Below, in pieces: positions 34,811 through 48,663 of a DNA stretch of 64,000 bases. The translations under genes were made by a program, and so were the position numbers. Position 1 is the stretch's first letter. Each line of letters starts with the position of its first letter. Source of the DNA: Vicugna vicugna (taxonomy: Eukaryota); assembly GCA_013265495.1 (NCBI GenBank), contig MU062907.1:4446305-4510304 (forward strand). The letters are read 5' to 3'. The notes beneath the pieces were generated by a model that had not been told where the DNA came from, made no database searches, and worked only from the letters and a program-made list of their open reading frames with translations.

Positions 34811-37554
34811 TGTCTTTCTGCTCTTTTGGTTTCAGACCCTGGGCTTGCTGTGACTACCAGTGATCCTTATTTTGATCCCAACTTGATTTCTTCTCAATCT
34901 CCCCAAAGATATTAGTCTTTGTACTGTAAAACTTAAGATGCTGTGTCCCACCTGGCTCTTTCTTGGGTCTATCTGTATATTTGCATGTAGCTCTCCACTA
35001 AGTCTCTGCTCTGTGCAGTATAGGGAGGTCCAGGTGGTAGTGCTATAAACGGGCAGCTTTACCAGCCTCTGAGCATCCCTTTGACGTCCACTCTACACTG
35101 CCATCTATGGGCTCTTGGGGTCTAAATCCCCCACCGTGCTCTCACTAACATTTAAAGCTGAATCAGAAGGAAAGACCAGTGACTTAAAGCTCCTCTGATT
35201 ATTCTTCAGATTTGTTTGCGTGTAATTCTTGGTGCTGTCCCAAAGCCATCCCAAATGCATTGATTCCAAGGTATGGCTTTAAAGTTGGGGATCTGGTTAT
35301 AACCTGACAAAATGTAATTGAAATAATGTGCCAACTCTGGACGATATTAAATTCTCAAAGGTCGATAGTACACACAAAAATATAAGACTCTAAAGGATGA
35401 TATGATCTAGTCAAAAGCCTACTTTCCCTACGGTCATAGTCTCTCAGGTATTCAAATATGCACTTTCCCATTAAGCTTCTTATTTAATATGGGCACTGGA
35501 ATTTCATCATGAAGGTAGGATACATTGCTTTGATCATTTCCGTCCAATCCTGTTTCACTCAGTGAAGTCAAGAGAGGCACCCTTTGCCGTCAATCAGCAG
35601 GCACAACTTGACCTTGCGCTGGGTCGCACAAGCTCTCTGCTGGAAATGTAAACATGATCTCCGTTCTGAGTGAGCTTTCCGTGTGGCTGAGGAGATAAGG
35701 CACCCGGATGCCAAGCACTTAGAGAACAATTCAGTGCTAAAACGGTGTTGAACTGGCGTTGGTGCAGAAGGAGTCTGATTTCAGGGAGTTTCCTGGGTGA
35801 CATGGAGCTTCAGTTTGTTGCTGAAGGTCAAGGTATCCCCCTCCTCCTCTCACCTCAAATCTTCTCTTCTATCTGTCTGTATTACTCGTTGTTTGATTAC
35901 AAATCAGACTCCAAAGAGGAAATACAACGTGACCGGAGGCTGGAGCTGGTGGAAGAGACTGTCATTCTTGATGCTGTGAGGGATACCTTATTCACTGGAA
36001 ATCTAGATAAATCACTTATCATGAAAATAACAGTCCCCTGTTAGTGCAGGCTGTCTCTTCAGATTCCCCTTCCTACACTTAACTTACCAAAAGACCCACA
36101 ATTTTCTACGATATACGTGAAATTTAAATGAGACCATGGGGAGTTCCTTTTCCACGTTTCCAGAGCAGGGGATGGGAGACCTGTTCCCAGCTTGCAATGT
36201 GCACAGATGTGTTTCCAATAAAGCGCAATTAGACCTCCCCGCTCCCTTGTCCCCTTCCCGTTCGCCACGAGGCGGTGCGGATGAAGTGTGAGCTCACGCG
36301 CAGGTTAATAAAGCCATCGCTGCTTGTGTCTTCCCATGGAAAGGGTCTTGGTTTTGTTTTCTTCACGAAAGTGCTGATTTAATTTGAAGTTGGGAAAAAA
36401 AAGAAGGAAGGAAAAACAAGTTTCTAAAATATGAGACAACAGTTCTCTTTAATAGGAACCACATTTCGCCTGTAAATTATGGTACCTGTGGGTCCCTGGG
36501 CACGGGCTGGGAGGTGATGAAGCTTCGGCCTGGGGAGCCGTGTTGATATTTTGGCCCATCTGGGCTCACATCTCTTGGGTTTCTCGGGATTCATGGAATA
36601 TATCTGGCCACAGTGAAATGTGAGAAACCTTTTAGAAAAGTGCAGTGGAAATAAATAGCAATGAATATTTATGTGCCTAGACCAAAGGTCCAAACTCTTT
36701 TTAGTTCTCAGGGCCATTAGTGAGGTTAAATAAGGTCTATGGGGACTGCAGGTTCCAATGATGGGGCTGAAGGATAGGTCATGGGGGGAGGAATGAAGCA
36801 GATGAGTGGAAGGGAAGGGAAGGGGTAGAGCCTTAAAGAAAAGGAGATATGGGAAAAAGTGTCCACAAGGGATTAAGCTAGTAGGAACCAGCAACAACTT
36901 CTGGCTCTATGTTAAATCATTATCCTTGGTTTAAAACACGATTCCCATAATTTTCCATATGATTTTAAAAGGTGCTTGGACCTTCCTAAAGTTTTACCCT
37001 CCTAAGGTGAAGAGTTGGTTGTATAAATTTCTGGGTCAGAGTTGAAAGAACCTGGGGTGAGAACTGTCTTGAGTCAAAGGGCTAGGGGTGGTGCCATGGT
37101 AACTGGCACAGAGACTAACCAGTTAAACCTCCAAGATTGTCCCCTCTCCCATTGCCTTTGCTGCCTCCTTCTTGTTGTGGTGTCACATTTGCTGGGTACT
37201 GTTGGCCATCCTGACGCTGGAAGGAAAAATGGTTTCTGCCTTTCCAGTAACGACTGATCACCCAGAATCTTGTCTGGAAATATGTGGAACATGTTGGACC
37301 ATTAATCAAAGTCATTTTCCTCTGAAGAGAAAGCAGAAAGATTTAGAGTGAGATTATTTGAGTTGTGTTGGAAAAAACTACCCAGTAAAATGTCCCTCAA
37401 TACAGATTTTAGTCTTTATAGAATGCAGGATCTCCCTTTGCAAGCAAAGTTTGGGAGATAGGGTTTGTTTTTTTGTTTCTTTTCTGTTCTTGCGTGTTTC
37501 AGGTTTTCTCATTTTATTTATTTATTTTTTAACTCCAGGGCCACTCCCTTCAAC

Positions 37555-37810
37555 TATCCATCCATCCATCCATCCATCTACCAGCAAACTTTCGTAGGGA
37601 GTTTTTGTGCTGGAAACAGCTAGGTACTGTGGATAGAGAGACGAATGAGAAATGATTCCTGCCCTTGGGGAGCTCACAGTCCAGTGGGAGAGAGAGAGGT
37701 AAACATTAATTATAACGGTGTGAAAAATTCTCTAATAAAGTTCAGAGCAGGGTGCTGAGCTGCCCCGCAGAGCTGGAGGGCAGCGATCATCCATTTCACC
37801 TTAGCCATCT
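37555..37810 (-). mobile_element. L2 3' end with (TCCA)n tail
   Basis: atccatccatccatccatc..cctgcccttggggagctcacagtccagtgggagag. Confidence 0.75.
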
Positions 37811-38372
37811 GAAGGTCTTTGATTCCTCCAAGAGTAAACCATGAGTCCCAAATCTCAGGGGTGCTGGGTGAGGCATAGCTTTAAAATAAGTCTCGCAGGT
37901 TGCAGCTACTGCTGATTCAGACAGCGCGAAGAAGCCGATGACTGTGAGATTTATTCCCAGGGTTCATGGACTTCTGAATTTATGTTCTCTCGGCTCTCTT
38001 TCCTCCCTAGGGCATAAATATGCTCTAATATGACAATTCTCCATTCCTGCTCCTGCCTGTCTCCAACCTGCTGTTTAACTTGATTCTTTGGGAGGCCTGT
38101 CCTTACCCAACGAGTTTCACAAAAACTGAAATGGGGTAGGGATTGAGTCCCATGTCCCTCACTCCACCCAAGGCCAATTAAGCAACAGCTGCCGGAGGCT
38201 TAGACCACGCTGAGCAGACACTCTGCAATTTCTCTAGCTCCTTCTTCATCATCATTTATTCAGAGACCAGCTTGCAGTCAGGAAAAAAGACAGTGACAGT
38301 GGGAACACCCAAGTGCCTGGAAGGATGCTTTCAGGAAGAAAACACATGTAGTCAAATGATCCTAGTGGTTTT

Positions 38373-38535
38373 TTTTTTTTTATTTTGGGGGTTTTTTGGT
38401 TTGTTGTTTTTGTATTTGGAGGGAGGGAGGTAATTAGATTTTTATTTATTTATTTTTAATGGGGATGCTGGGGATCGAACCCAGGACGTTGTGCATGCTA
38501 GGCATGCGCCCTACTGCTGAGCTACACCCTCCCCT
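38373..38535 (-). mobile_element. Vic-1-type SINE with a perfect 17-bp TSD
   Basis: TSD tgatcctagtggttttt at 38357-38373 and 38536-38552; long T-rich tail; ggggatcgaacccaggacgttgtgcatgctaggcatgcgccctactgctgagctacaccc. Confidence 0.95.
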
Positions 38536-39829
38536 TGATCCTAGTGGTTTTTGTTTGTTGTTTTGTTACCAGGAGCCATAATAGGAGAAGGGGAATATGA
38601 AGTTGGGAAATCTTTTGTTGTTATTCAGGTTTGAATATTTCCAGTTTCGGAGATTTGTGTCGTAGAGGAAAAGATGTCCTTACTGATCCCACTGAGAAGC
38701 ATTATTAATGGCTTTGGCTGCTGAGGAGAAGATCTCCAGCCGAAGAAAGGAGCATTCTAGATTTGTGCATCCCCTGGAATGCACAGCCTTAGAAAACAAC
38801 GGAAAAACTCTGTAGAGAGGACATTTTTTTCTAGTAGTTTAATGATCTCCTGAAATGTAAATTTGCATTTGTCCACATGGTTGAAAAGTTGAGCTCCTTG
38901 GTGGACATTTCTGTGAATTATGTGGTTGCAATAGATTATCAAGCCTTTCAGTGACCCCGAAAATATGACTTTTTAACAGTTAAGGCAGGAAAGAAATGAT
39001 CAAGACCAGCTAAAAGAGATGAAGGTGGAACTGACATTTTTGAAGTCATAGAATTTAAATTTAAAGGCAAAACAAGTAGAATGAGGAAAAAAGTATGGTG
39101 ATTACTTTATAAACAGTCATATTTGGGGCATCGAGGGTCTAGCTTTGGGGAAAGCAGGGCTGGAATTTTCTTGGCACTGTAGACATACATGGAAATGTAA
39201 ATCATATTTCTACACGTCTGGGTTGCTGGGGTGACATTCACCAATCTTGTCCCTCTCTGCATCATGTAAGTTGTGGACCAGAGGTAGGTTGGACCAGCCC
39301 TTTGGGGGCCTGCTTCAGGGCAGGGGGCTAGGGATTGTCAAGTTACAGAGTCAACAGTGCCTGCGTAAAGCTGTGAGACCTCCTGAAGGAAGGCATCACC
39401 TGGAATAAAACCCCTGTCCCACACCTGGCTGGCCGCTTTCCCAAGGTGAGGACACACCTGGCCTGGAGCGTGCACCACTGGTGACCCTGCCTCCCTCACT
39501 TCCCTGCTTTCCCCTCCCTCAGTCCCAGCCTGTGATTGGTCCTGCCTTGCTGGAGTCTTACCCCTCATATAAATAGCTCCTGAGATTTGTTTTGAATTAA
39601 GCCTTAGAGTTGCATTGATGATTGAAGGAAATTGAAAGGTATTCTATGAGTACCCTTCTACGAAACCACAGAAAGATGTTGCGAGGGGAAACCTCTGAGC
39701 GCCTAATCCCAGGAGCTCACGTTTTAATTAAAGCATATTTCCCTCTAGTGACATAGGCCAGTATTCCTGTTGCAGCAACATGAGGAACACGTATATAAAC
39801 AGAATCATCTCCTTTCTGACCCACTCCAT

Positions 39830-40520
39830 CCTGAATCTTCAGCAGGTGTTATTTTCTGCATAAGCCACACCCAGAGCTCCGTGCCTTTGCGTGTGCTGTT
39901 CTGCCTGCCTGGAGTGCTTTCCTCCCACTTCATCTGGCAGGGGTTTCATCGAGTCCATCTCTGCTTCATGTGTCTATCAGAACGTTTAGTATGTTGCAGG
40001 TCTCTCCAAGGGAGAGACCAATTCAGTGAATGTTTGATTGGATGGAAGGGGGCATGCTCTTTGCCATGGGAAATCATGGACCATAAAAGACTAAATAACA
40101 CCCAGCAAAAATCGAATAATTCATTCTGAAACATTGGAAGAGAATCACATTTAGGAAGACAGGAGGGAAGGAATTACAGGTGAGGGAAACCATAGAATCA
40201 GAGGCACAAAAGTGGAGATGAGATGTGACTAATTAGATTGGAAGGTGTATTGAAAGAAATGATAGGAAATAATGTTTGCAGGGTCCGTGTTACTGGATTG
40301 AATCCCTTGAGAAACTTAAAAGAGACGAAATGGGTAATGGGTAGCCATTGAATGTTCTTCAGCGGGAAATAACCTGATGCAAGTGGTCAACGGGTGAGAT
40401 GCAGCCTGCTGGCGACACTAGCTTGGTGTATATGCACTACTGTGAATCAGTAGGCAGGGCAGTGGGCATGGGGAGGGTACATCCTAGAGGAATTTGCAAG
40501 GAAGAGATGCTGGAATTGGT
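39830..40520. mobile_element. Two L2 fragments in opposite orientation
   Basis: gcctttgcgtgtgctgttctgcctgcctggagtgctttcc (plus), followed by a purine-rich reverse L2 body ending gtagccattgaatgtt. Confidence 0.55.
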
Positions 40521-42229
40521 TATGGATGACTGCATGAGAGTCAGAGACCCAGGCCTCCATCTTGATTCAGCTGCAAACTTCCTGTGTGGTTTCAGGCAGC
40601 AAATTTACCTGTTTGGATGTGGGATGCTTATGTGGCTCTTACGAGTGATTTTCAGACTAGGGCTCCATGGAAAGGTTTTAGTAGTTCTGCAAACTTTATT
40701 GGAATTCCCGTGTAGAATGCATTTTAACTATTTTAAAACACTGCAAGAAAAATAACACATATTCAAATGTCTGTCATTTCACATTTTAGCGTATCTAAGA
40801 ATGTCAGGATATTAAAATATACTGCTAAGTTAACTTATTTGGGGTGAATATCAGAATAAAAGCTTGCCTGTAGGTGCCCATATTTGGTGAGTGATACTGA
40901 GTTTCTGCACTGGTCTGTCTGTCTCTCTTAAATTCTGACATGACTGCTGCATGTCTCCATTGACATAAAATTGCACAAGTGCACCTGTGACCACAGGACA
41001 CTTGCACCTGTTCACTTAAGTGCCAGCTCAAGCTTATTTGCACTGGTTCTCCTCATGGCTTAAGATTTGTTTGTGTACCCACAACTGACTCACTCACATC
41101 TTGAAAACATCACATTAGAGCTAAAATGAATGCTTCCTTTCTGATTTTGTGATTAGAAATGCACGAATTTATTACGTGTTACTAACAATTCAACTTTGAA
41201 ACAGATAACTTCCTACTGCTTTTCTTGTAAGCTTCTAGGTGAATTTAGTTGAGCAGAAACCCAAGCTGTAAGGCAAGCTGATTTAAAACGAGACAATACA
41301 AAACCTATTACCACTTGCAACCACTTAGCCAGATGAATGAGGATTCTCTAAATATTGTGCAACTAAACCAAAACAAAATAATAAATCAGATACTGCAGTT
41401 AATATGATTGTGGCTATTCCAAATTTTTACATTCATCAAATCAGCCTTGGAGTTGTCAGGGATATACTATACATATACATTGTGTGCATACTATATATGT
41501 ATCCTTATTTAAACTCATGAAAGAAATATATTCTAGTGAATTTCTGCTTTTATTTGTCTTAAACCTTAGGATCCCACGTAAAATTTACTTTTTATCAAGG
41601 GTATCTTGGCTGCAATAAAAACCACTAGATCAGGTGACCTCCAAGGTTCCCTGTAGTTCTAACACCCTGCAGTCTTCCAGGGTAGGCATGAGCAGGGTGC
41701 AGGAAGGGGTGTATCAGGGCAGGGTTGGATAGCTGGTTGCCAGTTTCTGTGTTCAGCTTGGGAGCTTCATTCCATCTGTTGAACAGGGACTGAGTGTCGA
41801 GGTACACATACCCTTTCTGGGGCCTCACATTTGGTTGAGATTTCAAATGTATGAATAAATGATTTTTTTTGTAAGCACATGATATATACCATGTTATTAA
41901 AGGAAGTGATTGTGATGTAGAAGGGTTGGTAGGTTTGGTGGGAAAATGAATGAATTCTTTTCCGGTTGGTTTTATTTTGTTAGGTGAAGTCAATGAGGTG
42001 GGAATAAGGACGGGAATGGACTAATGGTCCTTTAAGGTGGTGAGAAAGTGAATCAACTAGAAAATATAGAAGGTTCTGCTGGGCAGTATTGCAGGCCCAC
42101 TTGAAGTCTGCCATTTTGGTTTTAGGTAAGACTGATCAACATGGCGTGTAATTTTTCCAGCTATGCCTGGATGCCAAGGAGGTGTAAGAAGAAAGGTGAA
42201 TTTGACCATGTGATGAGCATTCTCTTGTT

Positions 42230-42695
42230 TGGACCCATTCTCCATCCTTCTTCACCTGGCTTGGTGCTCTGGGTGACTGCCATTTATGAATGACTCAATG
42301 GATTCCTTGGTCTCGGGATTGGATTTGGCCAATGGCAGGCACGGGCGGGAGACCGGAGGGCAGGAGGCAGTGAGGTGCTTACATCAGTTCTCTACTCCCT
42401 CCCCAGTGGCCCCTGGTAGGCATGGCTACATCCGACTATGAAGGCCCCAGTTCCCATGGGGCAGCCCTCTCATAACTGTAGCTCTTTATAGTTCCTGGAA
42501 ATCACTCTCTCTTCTTATTCCTTCAGGCAGAGGGCTGGTGACTTTTCCCACTGATGTTAGTCCTGGCATGCTCCCTGACTCCACATTGGTTTCCCTTTAC
42601 CCACCTACCTGTTCAGAAACAGCCCCTTTATTAAACTCTCTTCATATGCTCTGCCTTTGTTTCACCACTTTCTCGGTAAGTCCCTGACTGCTGCA
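42230..42695 (+). mobile_element. LTR33-like ERVL LTR
   Basis: tttggccaatggcaggcacgggcgggagaccggagggcaggagg..ccttcaggcagaggggctggtgac..cccctttattaaactctcttca..ccctgactgctgca. Confidence 0.75.
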
Positions 42696-43004
42696 AACCT
42701 AGTTTGGAGTGTGGTCAGGCAAGCTTATCGGAGGGGAAAGAACATGGCATTTGTGAGTATGAGCAAGAGAGAGATGATGATGGAAGAAGGACTCTAAGCC
42801 GAGTCAAGAGAAAAATGTGGGTGTGAGCAGAGTGGAGAGACTGCGAAAGTGGTGCTCTGTTGTTGGAAAAACCCAAAGGGGTCAAGGGGTTTGGGGGTTG
42901 GAGTACTGGAACAAGTGAGCTGAAAATTGGGGACCAGCCTCAGAGTAACGTGCTTAAAATAGAAAATTTGTGACAGATGCAGTGATTGATATTATCAGTC
43001 TCCA

Positions 43005-43145
43005 TGTCACTGGTTCTCAGCCCTGGCTATGTGGCAAAAATTCCTCACGACTGGCTTCACCTCCAGAGACTCTGACTACAACTATGGGACCTAGGAATTG
43101 TGATTTTAACAAGTTGTCTCAGATAATTTGGATTTGTGACCAGTG
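43005..43145 (+). mobile_element. MER5-family hAT fragment
   Basis: cactggttctcagccctggct..cctccagagactctga..ttttaacaag. Confidence 0.55.
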
Positions 43146-43269
43146 CTGAGAATCACTAATCCAGGGTATGAGCCTGGGAGTGGTTGGCTGAGGTGGTGGA
43201 GGGAAAGGATCCTTAGCAGCCAGAGGTCAAGAAACCGAGAGGCCGGAGTCTCAGAAGAACCACCTATGC

Positions 43270-43510
43270 TGGGAGTTCGAGATTTGCAAATATTAACTAC
43301 TGTAAATAAAAACAGATAAGAGAACAAATTTCTTCTTATAGCACAGGGAACTATATTCAATAGCTTGTAATAACCTTTAATGAAATAGAATATGAAAATG
43401 AATATATGTATGTACATGCATGCCTGGGACATTATGCTGTACACCAGAGATTGACACATTGTAACTGACTTATACTTCAGTAAAAAAATTTTTTTCAATT
43501 AAAAAAAAAT
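43270..43510 (+). mobile_element. Young camelid-type L1 3' end
   Basis: gggagttcgagatttgcaaatattaactac..aaatttcttcttatagcacagggaactatattc..gggacattatgctgtacaccagagattgacacattgtaactgac..aaaaaaaaa. Confidence 0.9.
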
Positions 43511-43849
43511 CACCAAGAATGGTAGCAGAGTTTGTGGTGGAGGGAATTGAGTGAATCAGAGACGAACACTGGAAGTTTGGCAGCGCTTGGAAGAGCTTGG
43601 GTACGTTACTTACTCTGAGCCAAGCCTCTGGCTGTACTTTCTCCTCTTAGCGCAGGGTCACTGTCCAGGGGTGAGTTGCTTCTAGGTAAGTTTCTCTTCG
43701 GTTTATCCCGCTCTCCTAACCCGTCTCCATCTTTGGCTTTCGTTATTTCCTTTTAGGATTACCTTTCCCTACTGCTGGTGTTTGGGGAATTACATGACCC
43801 AGGGCCTCTGCAGTGTCTTACCCAGATCGGCTTTTCTTTGCTTTGCTTT

Positions 43850-44638
43850 CTTTTTTTTAAACTGAAGTGTAGTTGATTTACAATGTGTGTTAATTTCTGA
43901 GGTGCAGCATAGTGATGCAGTTATATATGTATATATACATATTTATTCTCTTTCATTATAGGTTATTATAAGTTGTTGAATATAATTCCCTGTGCTATAC
44001 AGTAGGACCTAGTTTATATATTCCGTATATAGTAGTTTGGGATTAGCATCTGCTAATTCTGAACTCCCAGTTTATCTCTCCCCCATCCCTTCAGTAACCA
44101 TAAGATTGTTTTCTATGTCTGTGAGTCTCTGCTTTGTAGTAAGTTCATATGTATCATCTTTTAGACTCCACATATAGGTGATACAATATGAAATTTGTCT
44201 TTCTCTGTCTGACTTCACNNNNNNNNNNNNNNNNNNNNNNNNNNNNNNNNNNNNNNNNNNNNNNNNNNNNNNNNNNNNNNNNNNNNNNNNNNNNNNNNNN
44301 NNNNNNNNNNNNNNNNNNNNNNNNNNNNNNNNNNNNNNNNNNNNNNNNNNNNNNNNNNNNNNNNNNNNNNNNNNNNNNNNNNNNNNNNNNNNNNNNNNNN
44401 NNNNNNNNGCATATATCTTTTCAAATTGGAGTTTTCTCCAAATATATGCCCAGGAATGGGATTGCTGGATCATAGGGTGAGTCTATTTTTAGTTTCTAAG
44501 GGAATCTCCATACTGTTTTCTATAGTGGCTGCACCAAATTACATTCCCACCAGCAGTGTAGGACAGTTCCTTTTCCTCCACAACCTCTCTAGCATTTGTC
44601 GTTTATGTTCTTTTTAATGATGGCCATTCCGATTGGTG
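43850..44638 (-). mobile_element. 5'-truncated L1 (contains N-run 44219-44408)
   Basis: T-tail, reverse 3' UTR, then ORF2 end (minus-strand IQQSHSWAYI.. and VKSDRERQI..). Confidence 0.93.
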
Positions 44639-45619
44639 CTCTTAATAGCTGAATCCATCCTTGATCTTTCCAACCTTTAACCTTCTTCTATGCATCAAAA
44701 AATTCCTTTCCTCTGCCCCACTTTCTCAGGGCAATCTTAGGGTGTTGATAAATCCTGAAGGCTCATTCCTCCCTCATACCATCCGGCAACAAGCTTGTAT
44801 ATTGACAGCAGGCTTTGCATATTATTACATACAAGGTAGGACACTCAGGTACACAGAATCACTCAAATCCTCTCCATATCCAGGTCAGTGCATGTACTAC
44901 TGCCCAGTCTGTAGAGAAAACAGGCCATTTTAGCTGGAAGTTTTATCCTGCTTTATTTTCTACCTGCGTGCCATCGCGAGGCTATTTAAATCAAATTCTT
45001 CTCTGTAGCCGAGCACGAAACCTGCACAATTTCTGGTTTTGCTCTTTCCGAAGATAATTTCTGCTGTTTAATGAGATCTGAGAATGAAGTCAGGCATGAG
45101 CAGGAGAAAGGTCACAGTGTGTGCTCAAAGGTATATTAACCATTGTTGGAGCTGACATCAGTCTCCTTCCAAGAGGACGGAATTAAGCAGCAAATAGTAA
45201 ATATGTTCCATGGCACTTTATTGCAAGTAGGACCATTTACAATGAAGTAAGAATATGAGAGTGGTTTCAAAGAGAAAATGGGAGTGCTTACAAATAGAAC
45301 ACATCTTAACCGGTTCGAGTGGAAATGTGATTCCAGTCAAGGTTAATGGGGAAATGGTTAATGAAGGGTACAGATTCCAAAGCTGCATGATGCCATATTG
45401 TATCTCACAGAGGTAATTAATACTGGAGACTCTGGCTAAATGGATGCATTAGACACAGCAGACAACTTGACATCCTTCACACCGTACAGAGAGGCTCCTC
45501 CGGCTGCCCTAATACCGACAGTGTGACGTCTGAGGTCGCGTTTTCCATCCCTTTTCCTCATGGAGTCGGGGTGGTACTGAGGGAAAAACACCAGACAGGG
45601 AGACGGGAGAGGGAGCACC

Positions 45620-45730
45620 AGCCCCGACTCAGTTACCCGGAGGCGGTGTGTGACCTTGGGCAAGTGTCTTTCTACTTCTCCTGAACTCAGTGTCCTCGTC
45701 TATAAAATGAAGGGATTGAATTGGATCATC
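45620..45730 (+). mobile_element. MIR core
   Basis: tgtgtgaccttgggcaagtgtctttctacttctcctgaactcagtgtcctcgtctataaaatgaaggga. Confidence 0.8.
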
Positions 45731-48116
45731 TTTTTTGAATTGGAGAAGTCTTTTTTGAAGACTTTTTTTTTTTTAAATCTGGGATTCCCTGCACTTACTT
45801 CATCACCATCCTGCCATGATCACTTACCTACCTGGGTATCTAATGGGTATATGGGTATGTAATATAATAAAATTATGGGTATATAATTGTGTAAATATGG
45901 GTGGGAGTTTGCATATATAAATACAGAAGCAGGTAGACAATTCCCTACACTGAAGTATGTGTACTTAGAAGGCAATCCTCATGCTGACTTTGAAATGCCA
46001 CAACCTTCGAGATGAATGTCAAAAAAAGTTGCTGTTTCTACTATCAATATTCAGGTTTTTCAATTCCTCTCCCATTTTTCCCCCCAAAGGGTAAACTCAT
46101 AGGAGTGAGGTTATCTATAGAATTAAAATGCCTGGGGTTGTGGTGAGCTTGGGTGAAAAAGCTCCCTTAGTCTGTCGGCCCCAGGATGATCTGTCCCTAA
46201 GAAGTCCCTTCTTTTGTCTCATTCCCTTGTTCTGAACACCGCAGGCGGAAGAATGAGGCTCAGGCTCTTGAAGTGGCAGGTGAGGGAAGGACCGGGGATC
46301 ATGTTACATCCTCTGCATGGAGCTGTCTCCTTCGGCTGTCTGGAATCTTCCCAGCTCACCTATTGGAGTAGAGGGGCTTAAAAGTAGGGCATTTGCACAC
46401 ACAGATTTTTCACCCCAGCGATCATCATATTGACAGGCATGGCTTCAGCTAAACACGTTTCTCTCTGTGCTCAGGCCTGTTTGTAGGTGGCATCCCCAGG
46501 GCAGATTCTGTCTTTAACCCAGCCTCTGAACTCACTCACTGCTGCATTTTAAATCCCCAGGTGCACCTTGTTTATTTCTCCCTTCTCACCTGCCTTGAAC
46601 CCCCGCCTTCCCGGTTCTTCCTCTTTCCTCGTCCGTCAAAAAAGAAGAGAAAACAGCACACAAAAGCAACCCCTGCTGGGGTATCTGGGGATAGAAGTCA
46701 TTCCAGCTTCTTGTCGAGAATTCGAGAGATAACCTTCCTGTGGTTCTGAATGAAGTAGCTTTAAAAGGCCGGTGAAATCCAAAATGTGGGGGTGAGAGGG
46801 GGCCCCAGAAGTGACAGCTTTACACATACAACCTCCAGGTCCCATCTCCCTTCTCAGGCAATGGGGAGGGAAATCTCGGAGGGCTGGCAGCCCCAGAGCC
46901 GAGTCACCACACGACGCTGACAGCTGCGGAATTACACCTATTGATTGTGGTGTAGGAGCACATGTTTCATCAACCTTTAATTGAGCCAGTTCCTAAAGAG
47001 AACAGGGTCAGCTTTGGCTGTGCCACCGGGTCTAAGCAGCTGTAACTGAGCCCTGATTGACACCTCTTCAACAGACCCTCATTTGGTAGATTTTTCACAT
47101 TCCGTGGGTTCTAGAACCTTGGTCCTCAGCTGAGAGCATTCTTCAGAATCACTGGTGGAAGTGGTTCTACATGCAGAAGATGGTGCCTCATTCTGGCCGA
47201 CTCTGATTCGATGTCCAGGGAGGACGGTGGGCGATTTCTCATAAACTCTTTTTTTTTTAAGGCACTTCCAATGAGCACAAATGAATACTCAGAAACTTCT
47301 GGAGTATGCCAGTGCAAACCGAGAGACGAAGTTAGCAAGTTAAGTGGACAAAGAAATGCTGGGATTGTGAAATCCTCCTGGCGTGTCTCTTTCCACGCGA
47401 CGGGACACTGATGAGGGATGTATTAGCACTGGCTTTGTGTCGATTTCAAGTGGAAAAACATCGCTCTTTGTTTTATTGTGGCGCCGCTTGCTTCATTTCA
47501 AGGAACAATTGGACTTTCTGGGAGGAGGGCATCACGTACACACAGCTGCCCCCAGACTCCACCAGGAGGGCCCTGCGCCAGCCAGCATCCCAGATGTGTC
47601 AGGGAAGCTGGCGTGCCCTGAAAGAATAAACTGCATTGCATTACATGATACTGTCTAATGTGGGGTGACCTCCTCCCATTGTTATGTTGGGTGGGTGCTC
47701 TGACTGTTCTGATTTTGATTTCTGGGTAATTGCTTCCTCCTGGATTCAGCCTCTTTTTTTTTTTTTTTGGGAGTTGGGGGGGGGCGGTTCCCAGACAGAT
47801 GCCTCCACCGATCCCATGTCGCCCTTCTCAGCCTCCCTCAAAGCCTAGCTTGTTCCTTAATGAATCTGCCACACACTGAGCCGGGGCCAAGGCCAGTCGA
47901 AAGGCAGTTCCGTCAAAATACGCAGGATGGAAAAACCTTTCTGCTCCGCTTTGCCTCTGAAGCTGGCTTTCTTATTGGTGGATTGGCAGGGCCCTGTGGC
48001 TCCTATACATTTTGAAGCTGCATTCCCCAGAGTTGGCCCCAGTGATGGAGACCTGCACTTTGTCTTTTAAGCAGATAAAAAGAGAGGTCAGTCAGAAGTA
48101 ATTCCCCTACTCCTCG

Positions 48117-48248
48117 NNNNNNNNNNNNNNNNNNNNNNNNNNNNNNNNNNNNNNNNNNNNNNNNNNNNNNNNNNNNNNNNNNNNNNNNNNNNNNNNNNNN
48201 NNNNNNNNNNNNNNNNNNNNNNNNNNNNNNNNNNNNNNNNNNNNNNNN
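48117..48248. other. N-run (132 nt) in unique sequence
   Basis: Visible N block; unique flanks, no TSD. Confidence 0.98.
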
Positions 48249-48662
48249 TGCTGTGCGGCTGTAGAATAAATGTTAATCTAATGCAGGTTACTAGGTCAAA
48301 TGCAATCACAGGCTTGTGGGAAAAGCTTAATACTGTTCTGCTTCTTCTAACACAGTAAACCTGGATATTATATGATAGGTTAAACACCAGTGAACCATGG
48401 CAAGAATTTTCTTGAAAGTGGGATTTAGTACAAAGGAAACTACATTGAAATGGTGACCCAGGATTGACTTCGCTTTCCAAGAGAGCATCCTAAGATGCCG
48501 GAGTGCACCGGGAAAATGGACCCCTTAGAAATGCGATGTTCTAGAATTCCTGGCTTAGGGGATGAATGGCCAGCTGGAGCAGCTGTGACACAGTCAGAGG
48601 TTTCAGATGTTGTCAAACTGTGACCTCAATCCCCCCTCATTCTCTGAAAATTCACGAGTGCA

Positions 48663-48663
<1 letters not shown>

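Noticed and set aside
35745-36044. Protein-like ORF segment (DYKSDSKEEIQRDRRLELVEETVILDAVRD) with a possible acceptor and GTGAGG donor
   Set aside because: I recognise no homolog, splice signals are only moderate and there are no partner exons; a tblastn/phyloCSF hit would be needed to revive it
36424-36897. 157-aa minus-strand ORF
   Set aside because: Arises from the complement of a purine-rich tract (Pro/Leu/Ser/Phe bias); no homology
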